From: a virus
Strand: one strand, 5' to 3'
DNA length: 64,000 bases
Virus record (IMG/VR): IMGVR_UViG_3300042549_009011
Coordinates: 83,749-147,748 of that record
Of the stretch, positions 10,592-19,323 are shown in pieces (the stretch's first letter is position 1; the number at the start of each line of letters is the position of its first letter). Under the pieces are notes generated by a model that was not told the DNA's origin, made no database searches, and saw only the letters and a program-made list of their open reading frames with translations. Both the position numbers and the translations under genes were made by a program.

Positions 10592-11344
10592 ATGAAATTT
10601 ACTTGGGATACCAATAAAGAATCTGCCGCCGTTAAAATGAAATCTGAAGGTTTTACTTATTCGAAAATAGCGGAGATACTCGACACAACTGAAGTAAGCG
10701 TTAAGCATAAAATCAGGAGAATAAATCAGAGTAAAAATCAGGATAAGTATAAACACACGAAAGAAAAATCAGAGCAAATAGATAAATTTGTTTCTGGTAA
10801 AAATAAGAAAATACTAGAAACACACGCTGGTTTTGGCAGCCTTACAGAAAAGTATAGTTTATTTGGCAATGTTTATTCTATAGAAATGGTTCAGGAAAGG
10901 GTTGATTTTGTCAATTCAAAGAAATTAAAAAATGTTGAATGCACCAAAGGAGATTCTGAAAAAGAGATTCTTTCTTTATTATATAATAATAAAAAATTTG
11001 ATGTGATTGATGTAGACCCCTATGGATTTCCTTCTAGGTATTTTCCAACTGTTTTTGGTCTTATAGATGATGGTGTTCTTTTTTTAACCTTTCCAGTGAT
11101 GGGTGTTGCCCAAATAAACAAGATAACTATAGAACATTACAGAGTATTTTGGGACATAAATCTTTCTGACAAGGACTGCTATACAGATAAAATAGTTAAA
11201 AAGTTAAAAGACTATGCTTTTATGCAAAAAAGATCAATAGAAGTGTTGGAAATCAAAAAAATAGATAGGATCTATAGGTTTGCGATAAAAGTAAAACAAG
11301 AATCTTTATTAAAAATTGTTGGCTTAGAAGTAAATAAAAAATAG
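10592..11344 (+). CDS. HTH + SAM-dependent methyltransferase (Trm1-like motif IV)
   Basis: TYSKIAEIL HTH; ILETHAGFG motif I; FDVIDVDPYG. Confidence 0.7.
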   Translation: MKFTWDTNKESAAVKMKSEGFTYSKIAEILDTTEVSVKHKIRRINQSKNQDKYKHTKEKSEQIDKFVSGKNKKILETHAGFGSLTEKYSLFGNVYSIEMVQERVDFVNSKKLKNVECTKGDSEKEILSLLYNNKKFDVIDVDPYGFPSRYFPTVFGLIDDGVLFLTFPVMGVAQINKITIEHYRVFWDINLSDKDCYTDKIVKKLKDYAFMQKRSIEVLEIKKIDRIYRFAIKVKQESLLKIVGLEVNKK

Positions 11345-11373
11345 TTTTTTTTAAAAATGGTGTAATTACCAAT

Positions 11374-11571
11374 ATGGAAACATTAAATTTAATTCTTGAA
11401 TTTCTTAAAAATGAATCATCTCTTCCTATCATTGCTGGAGTTATTGCGACCTTTTCAGCAATTGCAGCCGTAACACCTACGCCAAAAGAGGGAACTAAAT
11501 TAGCCGTTATCTACAAAATTGTAGATTTTCTAGCTTTGAATATTTTTAAAGCAAAAGATAAAGGTAAATAA
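11374..11571 (+). CDS. Small membrane protein, possible holin
   Basis: Hydrophobic helix, TPTPK, basic C-terminus. Confidence 0.45.
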   Translation: METLNLILEFLKNESSLPIIAGVIATFSAIAAVTPTPKEGTKLAVIYKIVDFLALNIFKAKDKGK

Positions 11572-11587
11572 TCAATAAAAAAATAAA

Positions 11588-11617
11588 AAGCCGCTCCTTA
11601 ACTGGGGCGGCTTTTTT
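11588..11617 (+). terminator. Intrinsic terminator
   Basis: AAGCCGCTCC-TTAACT-GGGGCGGCTTTTTT. Confidence 0.8.
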
Positions 11618-11640
11618 GTGTTTCGGTGTAAACAAGTTAA

Positions 11641-11988
11641 ATGCCAGCGCAAACTTTAAATTTAAATATTGAAAAAGGTGTAGATTTTTCTGCTTCTTTT
11701 GTTTTACAGCGATCTGGTGGACAATATGTAGATTTATCAGATACAGGAATTTGTGTTAAAGCTGAGATAGTTGAATTCTACGGTCTTGCACCAATTACTG
11801 GTTTTACAATACAAGAAAATTTGCCAAGTGGAGTTACGTTGTCATTAAACGAACAAGGCTCTTCTATTTTACCATTCGATAAAAGTTATTATGATATTGT
11901 TTTAAATACAAGCGGTAATACCGAAAGATTTTTTATGGGAGAAATCGCTTTATCTCAAAATGCTACAATCAATACATCATGTATGTGA
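11641..11988 (+). CDS. Probable virion structural protein
   Basis: NLNIEKGVDF...YYDIVL...RFFMGEI beta-rich pattern typical of phage baseplate/accessory proteins. Confidence 0.5.
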   Translation: MPAQTLNLNIEKGVDFSASFVLQRSGGQYVDLSDTGICVKAEIVEFYGLAPITGFTIQENLPSGVTLSLNEQGSSILPFDKSYYDIVLNTSGNTERFFMGEIALSQNATINTSCM

Positions 11989-12086
11989 AAGCTGTATTAA
12001 AAACTGTTATAGATTTTTTTAACTTTAAAATACAACAACTGGGTAATAGTATATTATAACTAGAGCAGCAAATATTTTTATTTTTC

Positions 12087-13082
12087 ATGATTCCATTTAA
12101 CTATAGAAAGTTCAATTATAAAGGCATTTCATTCCCAAGTGAAACACCCTTTTTCCCAACTGTTATTTCAGTTGGTGATGATGATGCAGTGGTCAGCTTC
12201 AACCAAGGTTATGTTTTTAATTTTAACGATATTGGTTTAGAAACAGGCGATGAAATTTTACCTATAAAGGTAATTGGAATGGATGAACTAAAAACTGTTG
12301 TTAAAGGTGATAAATTCTATGTAAAATTAACTATTGAAAAAAAAAGCACACCCAATAGTTCTAATGAAGAAATTAATATAGTTGTAACAGCAGAACTATT
12401 TAAAACGAATGCCAATTTAACAAAAGTAGAAAATATTGTATATATAAAAGTTTGCGAATTTGGGGATCAAGGTGAAATAATAGACATTTATTTAAGAGAA
12501 AATATATATTGGAACATTAATAAATCAGAAAGATTAATTCATTGTTGGCGTGTCACACAGACACCAAATAAAGATGGATTTTTTGATATTTCAGGAGGAG
12601 TTGTTTATGGTAAAGGTGGCTTTATTGATGTGCCAAATGACGAACAACGTCAAGTTGCTGATAATCATTTTATTTATTTGAAAATAAACACAAGTGGTTT
12701 AGGTGATATTGCTTCTGTACAAATTCAGAGTGGCGCTACAATACCAGCAAACACTTCTACAGAGATATATAGAGAAATAGCTAAAATATCGCCAAATGGA
12801 GAAGAGATACTGCAACTTGCTTTTGAGCCGATAAGATTAAATGATGGAGACACTTTTATTGTACAAATTTTACCAAGCGTAATTTCCGCTTACGGAGATT
12901 CGTATTATTATTATTCAATGCCAATTGAGATAATAGTAACAAACGGAGAACCAACAGCCACATTTTACGTGCAAAGAGGTCTTTGGCATACAACTCAACC
13001 AGTTGGTTTCCCAGAAGGTGCGCCAATATATCAAGTTACATACAATATGCCAACAGTTCCAGTAGAAGAACCACCACCATAA
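12087..13082 (+). CDS. Hypothetical, probably virion-associated
   Basis: Beta-rich 331-aa ORF in late cluster. Confidence 0.5.
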   Translation: MIPFNYRKFNYKGISFPSETPFFPTVISVGDDDAVVSFNQGYVFNFNDIGLETGDEILPIKVIGMDELKTVVKGDKFYVKLTIEKKSTPNSSNEEINIVVTAELFKTNANLTKVENIVYIKVCEFGDQGEIIDIYLRENIYWNINKSERLIHCWRVTQTPNKDGFFDISGGVVYGKGGFIDVPNDEQRQVADNHFIYLKINTSGLGDIASVQIQSGATIPANTSTEIYREIAKISPNGEEILQLAFEPIRLNDGDTFIVQILPSVISAYGDSYYYYSMPIEIIVTNGEPTATFYVQRGLWHTTQPVGFPEGAPIYQVTYNMPTVPVEEPPP

Positions 13083-13083
13083 A

Positions 13084-14331
13084 ATGTTATTTATAACCAC
13101 GGCTTCTGGAGAAAAACATAGAAAAATGGCAGAAGATTTAAAAAAATCTTTTGAAAAATATAATTGGTCAAAATTAATTGTAGTTACAGATCTTACCCAT
13201 CCAGAAAAAGATGATTTGCAAAAAGGCAGAGGATTAAAAACAAGATTTGCTGATTTTATACCAGAAGATTATGTTGGTGCAGTTGCGTTTTTAGATTGCG
13301 ATTGTATAGTCACTGGAGAATATAAAGAAATAAAATTAGAGGAAAATACAATACACGGAGTTATATCTCGCAAGTATATGGGTGCAGATAAAGAAATTCA
13401 CCATCTTCTATGCTCTTGCTTTATCGCTTTTCCATCTGTAGAAATGGCGAAAGATGTATGCCAAAAATGGTATGAAAAATTAAAATTGGTAAAAAATATT
13501 CAAACAGACGAAATCTGTTTGCTCTTTGCCACAAAAGGCATGAAGGCAAAAAGAATTGGCACATCAATTAATCCAATTGAAAACTTAACTCATTTCTTCT
13601 CAACCAAAAAGGGAGATAGGACTAAAAATATAGAACAAGAAATTACACAACCAAAGAAAAAATTTGCAGCAACAGCGTTAATTTTAAATTGGAAAAGAAA
13701 AGAAAATTTAATAAAAACAATACAATCTATAAAATCCCAAGATGTTCCTATTGAAATATTTCTTTGGAACAATAATAAAAACGACAATCATAATTATGAT
13801 GTTGATCTAAAGATAGATTCTTCCGAAAACTTAATGTGCATGCCTAGATGGTTTCTAAGTCAATTCGCTTCATCAGATTATGTTTTTTCAATAGATGATG
13901 ACAAACTTTTATCTAAAACATCCACAATTAAAGAATGCATAGATTTTGTGCAAAAAGAAAATAGCACAATATGTTATGCTGGTGTTTGTTTGCCAGAAAA
14001 TAAAGATCACTTAGGAAAAAATGATTACTTTAGATTAAAGCACGTAAAAACAAATCCTAATTTAAATCAAAAAGTAGATATCTTAAAAGGATCTTTTATC
14101 TTTTCTACAAAACAAAAAATCATCGACTCAATAACTGGTATAAATATTGATATAGAAAATCCTAAAATAGAAGACGATATTTTAATTTCTTCTAAAATTG
14201 AAGGCGAAAAAATATGTCCATCATTTTTGCATGGCTGCATTAAAGAACTTCCAGAGGGAAGAGAATCTTTAACATTGCAACATGGTCATGCTCAACAAAG
14301 AGCAGATGCAGTAAACGAATATTTCTATTAG
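13084..14331 (+). CDS. Two-domain GT-A glycosyltransferase
   Basis: FLDCDCIV and FSIDDD DxD motifs; ILNWKR second-domain start; IEDDI. Confidence 0.7.
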   Translation: MLFITTASGEKHRKMAEDLKKSFEKYNWSKLIVVTDLTHPEKDDLQKGRGLKTRFADFIPEDYVGAVAFLDCDCIVTGEYKEIKLEENTIHGVISRKYMGADKEIHHLLCSCFIAFPSVEMAKDVCQKWYEKLKLVKNIQTDEICLLFATKGMKAKRIGTSINPIENLTHFFSTKKGDRTKNIEQEITQPKKKFAATALILNWKRKENLIKTIQSIKSQDVPIEIFLWNNNKNDNHNYDVDLKIDSSENLMCMPRWFLSQFASSDYVFSIDDDKLLSKTSTIKECIDFVQKENSTICYAGVCLPENKDHLGKNDYFRLKHVKTNPNLNQKVDILKGSFIFSTKQKIIDSITGINIDIENPKIEDDILISSKIEGEKICPSFLHGCIKELPEGRESLTLQHGHAQQRADAVNEYFY

Positions 14332-14576
14332 ACTTTTCTTATTGTAAGAACAACAACATACTCATTGCCATTTTTCAAATATTTTGGCGAAACCATAACC
14401 CAACCTGCTGGGATGCTTCTTGAAGCCTTATTCATTGCATCTTCATAAGAAATCCAACTTCTTCCAGCACAAGTCATTGTCCAAACAGACTCTCTTGTTT
14501 GAGCCTGTAAGACAACACAATTAATTGGAGACAAAAAGCCCAAAACGCAAGCAGCAAGTATAGCTAATTTTTTCAT
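14328..14576 (-). CDS. Small exported protein
   Basis: MKKLAILAAC signal peptide. Confidence 0.6.
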   Translation of the reverse strand: MKKLAILAACVLGFLSPINCVVLQAQTRESVWTMTCAGRSWISYEDAMNKASRSIPAGWVMVSPKYLKNGNEYVVVLTIRKV

Positions 14577-14613
14577 GAGATTTAGATTAATTTAAATTTT
14601 AAAAAAAGTCAAG

Positions 14614-14748
14614 TCAAAAATAACTCTTTTTATAACGCTTCTTACGTAAATTTTCAATTAATTTATCTCTTTCTGTTGGAGAGAGTTTTCTACGTTTCTT
14701 TTTAAAACGGGACAAGAAAGACTGAAATATTTTTATTATCCATTTCAT
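14614..14748 (-). CDS. 44-aa highly cationic amphipathic peptide downstream of endolysin
   Basis: MKWIIKIFQSFLSRFKKKRRKLSPTERDKLIENLRKKRYKKSYF; not in ORF track. Confidence 0.5.
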   Translation of the reverse strand: MKWIIKIFQSFLSRFKKKRRKLSPTERDKLIENLRKKRYKKSYF

Positions 14749-14766
14749 TTTATAAAAAAAATGATA

Positions 14767-15519
14767 CTATTTACGATAATTTACGCATCCAAAGTGCATC
14801 CAATCGTAATCTCTTTCTGGTCCTAAGCCAGTCATTCCATGAGAATATACAATATCCCAAAATGCTTTGTATTCACTTTTAGCTAATAAAGCTTCAGATT
14901 TATTCCATTTAAGTTGGTTATTCTCTGGATCTATGTCAATGACACAACCCCAAGAGTGATGCGACCATTCAGAACCTCCACGCATTTTTCTAACGTTTAA
15001 GCAGCCGCCAAATTTATTCAAACCTAATCTCTCTATTTCTTTTATTCCATAATGTTTTAATAAATCTTGGAAAAAAGATTTAAAAGTATCTGCACATTTT
15101 TTGTGGCAAGTTATTTTATTGACAGTTTTTTTAGTATCCCAAGCTAACACCATTGGATAAGGCAAATCTATACTTACTTGATTTTCTCCTATTTCTCCAT
15201 AAAAATTTAACATAGAAGAATTACTAGCTTTGGGGAAGCTTTTATTTTTCGAATGATCAGAAACTTCCACTGGTTTATTCGCGACAAATACACTATCTAA
15301 AATAGCAGCCCAAGTTTTCGAACCATCTACACCATCATCAGAAAGTCCCAATATTTTTTGAATATTTTTTATTGACTGCTTTACAGGCAAACCATCAACA
15401 TTAATTCCTAAATGATTTGCTATAGCACTCCAAGTTTTCTCTCCAGCGACACCATCTGTTTTTAGATTAAAAAATTTTTGCACAGTTTTAATTTTTTGCT
15501 CTTTGTCTGGAAAGTTCAT
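14767..15519 (-). CDS. Endolysin: two peptidoglycan-binding repeats + M15 peptidase
   Basis: DGVAGEKTW / DGVDGSKTW; R..RGG..SHHSWG..ID, DWMH. Confidence 0.85.
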   Translation of the reverse strand: MNFPDKEQKIKTVQKFFNLKTDGVAGEKTWSAIANHLGINVDGLPVKQSIKNIQKILGLSDDGVDGSKTWAAILDSVFVANKPVEVSDHSKNKSFPKASNSSMLNFYGEIGENQVSIDLPYPMVLAWDTKKTVNKITCHKKCADTFKSFFQDLLKHYGIKEIERLGLNKFGGCLNVRKMRGGSEWSHHSWGCVIDIDPENNQLKWNKSEALLAKSEYKAFWDIVYSHGMTGLGPERDYDWMHFGCVNYRK

Positions 15520-15525
15520 GGCAAT

Positions 15526-15547
15526 CTTTACACTTTTATGTGTAAAG
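15526..15547. promoter_or_regulatory. Back-to-back GTGTAA putative late promoters
   Basis: CTTTACAC-TTTTAT-GTGTAAAG; 8 and 9 nt from the two divergent ATGs. Confidence 0.65.
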
Positions 15548-15554
15548 AAGGAAT

Positions 15555-15896
15555 ATGTCTCCAAGAGTATTGCAGCAAAAAATTCATTCAACATTTTCCA
15601 CAAGTGAAATGGTTTTTGAATCTTTTCGCACACAAATAATCACTTTTTATAATGGAGCAATTAGCAAAGCCGATTTTAACGACCATCTTTTACGAGAGTT
15701 TAACAAAAAAGTAAGAGATTTGGGGCTTTCTTCAACTTTATACTTTACGCCTTTTGATGGTGGACTTAGATTTATTGGCTCTGATTTAGGCGTTCAACCT
15801 AGCAATGGTTTTATATTTGTTTTCGCTAATTCAGAACAAGTTCTCACAAACGAGGGGGATTCTATAGAAATTCCTGAACAATATGCAAACGATTAA
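15555..15896 (+). CDS. Hypothetical protein
   Basis: ORF behind GTGTAA motif. Confidence 0.6.
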   Translation: MSPRVLQQKIHSTFSTSEMVFESFRTQIITFYNGAISKADFNDHLLREFNKKVRDLGLSSTLYFTPFDGGLRFIGSDLGVQPSNGFIFVFANSEQVLTNEGDSIEIPEQYAND

Positions 15897-15898
15897 TT

Positions 15899-16483
15899 AT
15901 GAGCCTTACTACTTCTGTTCCTGTTTCTAATTTTTTAAAGTCAACTGGTTTAGCTGATTTAAAAACAAATTTGGGTTCTGCTGCTTCTACTGGCATATCA
16001 AATCCAGAATATAATGTTAATCAAAATTTAACTATATTAAGTGTTGGAGGATATTACGATGATGTTTATAATATTACTGAGATTTATTCAAGCCAATTTA
16101 GTAGCTCTTCAGCGACAGACTTGTCTATAGGAAATGCGGTAACTACTATCGGATCTAGCGCTTTTAGCTACTGTACTGCGATTACTGGGTCTTTAATTAT
16201 ACCTGATTCAGTCACTTCTATTGGTAGTAGTGCGTTTCAAGGATGTACAGGTTTTAACGGAACATTAAATATTGGCAAGTCAATTAATCTTATTGATACT
16301 TTTGCATTCAATAATTGTTCAAATTTAACTGGCGTTAATATTTTTGCATTGACAGCTCCGACTATTGGAAGTAGCGCTTTTTATGGAATGACAGCAGTAT
16401 CTCCAACAGAAATTCATGTTCCAACCGCAGCAACTGGATATGCTACAGGTTACGACGGACTAACCGTAGTTTACGACCTATAA
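15899..16483 (+). CDS. BspA-type LRR (LRR_5) protein, 3 repeats
   Basis: IPDSVTSIGSSAFQGC repeats. Confidence 0.85.
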   Translation: MSLTTSVPVSNFLKSTGLADLKTNLGSAASTGISNPEYNVNQNLTILSVGGYYDDVYNITEIYSSQFSSSSATDLSIGNAVTTIGSSAFSYCTAITGSLIIPDSVTSIGSSAFQGCTGFNGTLNIGKSINLIDTFAFNNCSNLTGVNIFALTAPTIGSSAFYGMTAVSPTEIHVPTAATGYATGYDGLTVVYDL

Positions 16484-16522
16484 AAGCCTTGAATTACTTA
16501 AATTTTTTTATATAATCCGAAT

Positions 16523-17317
16523 ATGAAAAAAATACATTTTGTCTCTGGTCTTCCTCGCGCTTGTTCGACTCTACTTTGCAATCTTCTTGCACAAAATCCT
16601 CGCGTCCACGCAACAGCTACTTCTCCACTTCACGAAATTGGATATATCGCTCGAAAAGTTTTTCAGACAGAAGAAGTCAAATCAATGAATCCTCTTGAAG
16701 CAGAAAAGCTTTACTACAATTATGTAAGAGGAGGTTGCGGTCACGCCTTTGACGAAATTACAGATCGTCCTGTAGTTATTGACAAATGCCGCTCTTGGAT
16801 TGGTCATCTAGATCAAACATTTAAAGTTTTCCCAGACGCTAAAATTCTTGTTCCTGTCAGAGACGTTAGAGGCATTTTAAGTAGCATGGAGAAAAAACGT
16901 CAGCAACATCCCGCTCCTTTTAATGGCTTTGAAGAAGCTAACCCAACAAACTTCACAACAATTGAAAAAAGAGTAAATGGCTGGTTGCAAAACCCCCCAA
17001 TTGGTATCGCAGTTGAAAGACTTCACGAAGCCACAAAACGCTTTAAAGATAAACTTCATTTTGTTCATGCAGAAGATCTTACAGAAAACCCAAAAGATAC
17101 TATGAAAAAAGTATGGGACTTTCTTGGAGAAGAACAATTCGAACATGATTTTAACAATATAAAACAATATACTCATGAGCATGAAGTTGGCTTTCCTTAT
17201 GGTGACCATTCTATTCGTTCTAGTGTAAAACCTCTTGAGAAAGATTGGAATGAATATCTCGGACGCGATCTTTCCGAAATTATAAAACAAAAATTCGATT
17301 GGATTAACAAACTATAA
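16523..17317 (+). CDS. Sulfotransferase family protein
   Basis: SGLPRACST 5'-PSB, VRDVRGILSS 3'-PB, AEDLTENP. Confidence 0.85.
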   Translation: MKKIHFVSGLPRACSTLLCNLLAQNPRVHATATSPLHEIGYIARKVFQTEEVKSMNPLEAEKLYYNYVRGGCGHAFDEITDRPVVIDKCRSWIGHLDQTFKVFPDAKILVPVRDVRGILSSMEKKRQQHPAPFNGFEEANPTNFTTIEKRVNGWLQNPPIGIAVERLHEATKRFKDKLHFVHAEDLTENPKDTMKKVWDFLGEEQFEHDFNNIKQYTHEHEVGFPYGDHSIRSSVKPLEKDWNEYLGRDLSEIIKQKFDWINKL

Positions 17318-18852
17318 TGGCTTACTTCAGACCCACACAACCAGTAATTGATTTTCTTATTTCAAATGATGAAATGGAGATCAAAGAGCTTGTCGATGGG
17401 ATTTCTTCAGAAGATTTGACAAGCACAACGGCAAGACCGCTTGCATATAAAACAATATATGGCGATGATCAATATAAAATGCACATATTAAACATAGTTG
17501 GATCTATAGCTCAGTATGCTGTGCCATCTACTGCTAGATCAATAAGCATAGGAAATGGTGTTACGAGTATTGGCGATTACGCATTTCAGAATTTTTCTAG
17601 TCTTGTTGGTTTTTTGGCTATTCCAGATTCAATTACTTCAATTGGCGATCAAGCATTTTTTAATTGTTATAATCTTACTGGCTCTTTGACTATTCCTAGT
17701 TCAATTACTTCAATTGGCAGTTATGCATTTTATGCTTGTTCTGCTCTTACTGGATCTTTAAATTTTCCTTCTTCAATCACTTCGATTGGGGATCGTACAT
17801 TTTTTAATTGCTCCAGCTTAAATGGAACTTTAACAATTACCAATTCGATCACTACGATTGGTGTTGCTGCATTTAGTGGTTGTTCAAGTTTAACTGGTAC
17901 TTTGACGATTCCTTCTTCAGTCACTACGATTGGTAGTAGTGCATTTGCTGCTTGCTCCAACTTAAATGGAACTTTAACGATTCCAAATTCGTTAACTTCG
18001 ATTGCGAATTACACATTTGCTGCTTGCTCCAACTTAAATGGAACTTTAACGATTCCATCTTCGGTAATTTCGATTGGCAATGGCGCATTTCAAGCTTGTT
18101 CTGGTTTTACAGGTTCTTTAACAATCCCATCTTCTGTTACTTCGATTGGTAATAGTGCATTTCAGAATTGTACTGGATTTACTGGAAGTTTGACTATTCC
18201 ATCTTCAGTCACTTCGATTAGTAGTAGTACATTTTCTAATTGCTCCAGCTTAAATGGAACTTTAACCATTCCTTCTTCAGTTACTTCGATTGGTAGTAGT
18301 GCATTTAGTGGTTGTTCAAGTTTAACTGGAACTTTAACCATACCTAGTTCTGTTACTACGATTGGTAGTAGTGCATTTAGTGGTTGTTTTGGCTTTACTG
18401 GAACCTTGACTATACCTAGTTCTATTACTACGATTAATGGAGCCGTATTTAATACTTGCTCTGGATTCACTGGAACTTTAACCATACCTAATTCTGTTAC
18501 TACGATTGGTAGTAGTGCATTTCAGAGTTGCACTGGTTTTACAGGAAGTTTAACCATCCCTTCTTCAGTCACCACAATTAGCAATAGCGCATTTCAGGGC
18601 TGCTCTGGATTTACAGGAACTTTAACGATTCCAAATTCGGTTTCATCCACGGGTACATCTATGTTCAGAAGCTGTTCGGGCATTACAAATGTTAATTGCT
18701 ACATCACAAAAACATTATTGGACAAAACTAACAATCTATTATCGACATCAGTTACAACAATTCACGCTCGTTCATCAGATGCTACATGGACTGCTGGCTC
18801 TGGGCAAACTATCGGAGGAAAAACAGGAATAACAGTCATCAAAGATTTATAA
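17317..18852 (+). CDS. BspA-type LRR protein, about 16 24-aa repeats
   Basis: LTIPSSVTSIGxxAFxxCxxxTG tandem repeats. Confidence 0.9.
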   Translation: MAYFRPTQPVIDFLISNDEMEIKELVDGISSEDLTSTTARPLAYKTIYGDDQYKMHILNIVGSIAQYAVPSTARSISIGNGVTSIGDYAFQNFSSLVGFLAIPDSITSIGDQAFFNCYNLTGSLTIPSSITSIGSYAFYACSALTGSLNFPSSITSIGDRTFFNCSSLNGTLTITNSITTIGVAAFSGCSSLTGTLTIPSSVTTIGSSAFAACSNLNGTLTIPNSLTSIANYTFAACSNLNGTLTIPSSVISIGNGAFQACSGFTGSLTIPSSVTSIGNSAFQNCTGFTGSLTIPSSVTSISSSTFSNCSSLNGTLTIPSSVTSIGSSAFSGCSSLTGTLTIPSSVTTIGSSAFSGCFGFTGTLTIPSSITTINGAVFNTCSGFTGTLTIPNSVTTIGSSAFQSCTGFTGSLTIPSSVTTISNSAFQGCSGFTGTLTIPNSVSSTGTSMFRSCSGITNVNCYITKTLLDKTNNLLSTSVTTIHARSSDATWTAGSGQTIGGKTGITVIKDL

Positions 18853-18868
18853 AAAATATTAAAAAAAA

Positions 18869-19312
18869 ATGAAATACGCAATACTAGGACCTAAAAAAGC
18901 AGTTCTTCGAATTTCTGAAACAGAACCACAATCTCTTAGTGAAAATGTTTCTTTTCAAGAAGTGACAAACAAAATCGCAGAATTAGTTATCGCTGGACAA
19001 AAGCCAGAAACGAGACAACTATATTTTTTAATTGATGGAGTATTAAAAACCCAAAAAGAATATATAGAATCAATTCGCCCCAAAATTCCGCGCAAACAAA
19101 CAAAATTACAGATAATGTTGAGATTGCAAGAAATGAATAAATGGACGACATTTAAAACAATTTTATCAACTCTCCCAGAAATTGTTCAAGACGCTTGGGA
19201 ATTGTCTCAATATATTGATGAATCAGATCCTTTATTTTCTTCTAACAAAACCGCTTTATTAACTGCATTAAATATTACAGAAGAACAATTAAGTTCTCTT
19301 TTTGACAAATAA
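18869..19312 (+). CDS. Hypothetical, possible fibre-assembly chaperone
   Basis: Sits between fibre-like LRR genes; helical C-terminus. Confidence 0.45.
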   Translation: MKYAILGPKKAVLRISETEPQSLSENVSFQEVTNKIAELVIAGQKPETRQLYFLIDGVLKTQKEYIESIRPKIPRKQTKLQIMLRLQEMNKWTTFKTILSTLPEIVQDAWELSQYIDESDPLFSSNKTALLTALNITEEQLSSLFDK

Positions 19313-19323
19313 TTATACACAAT

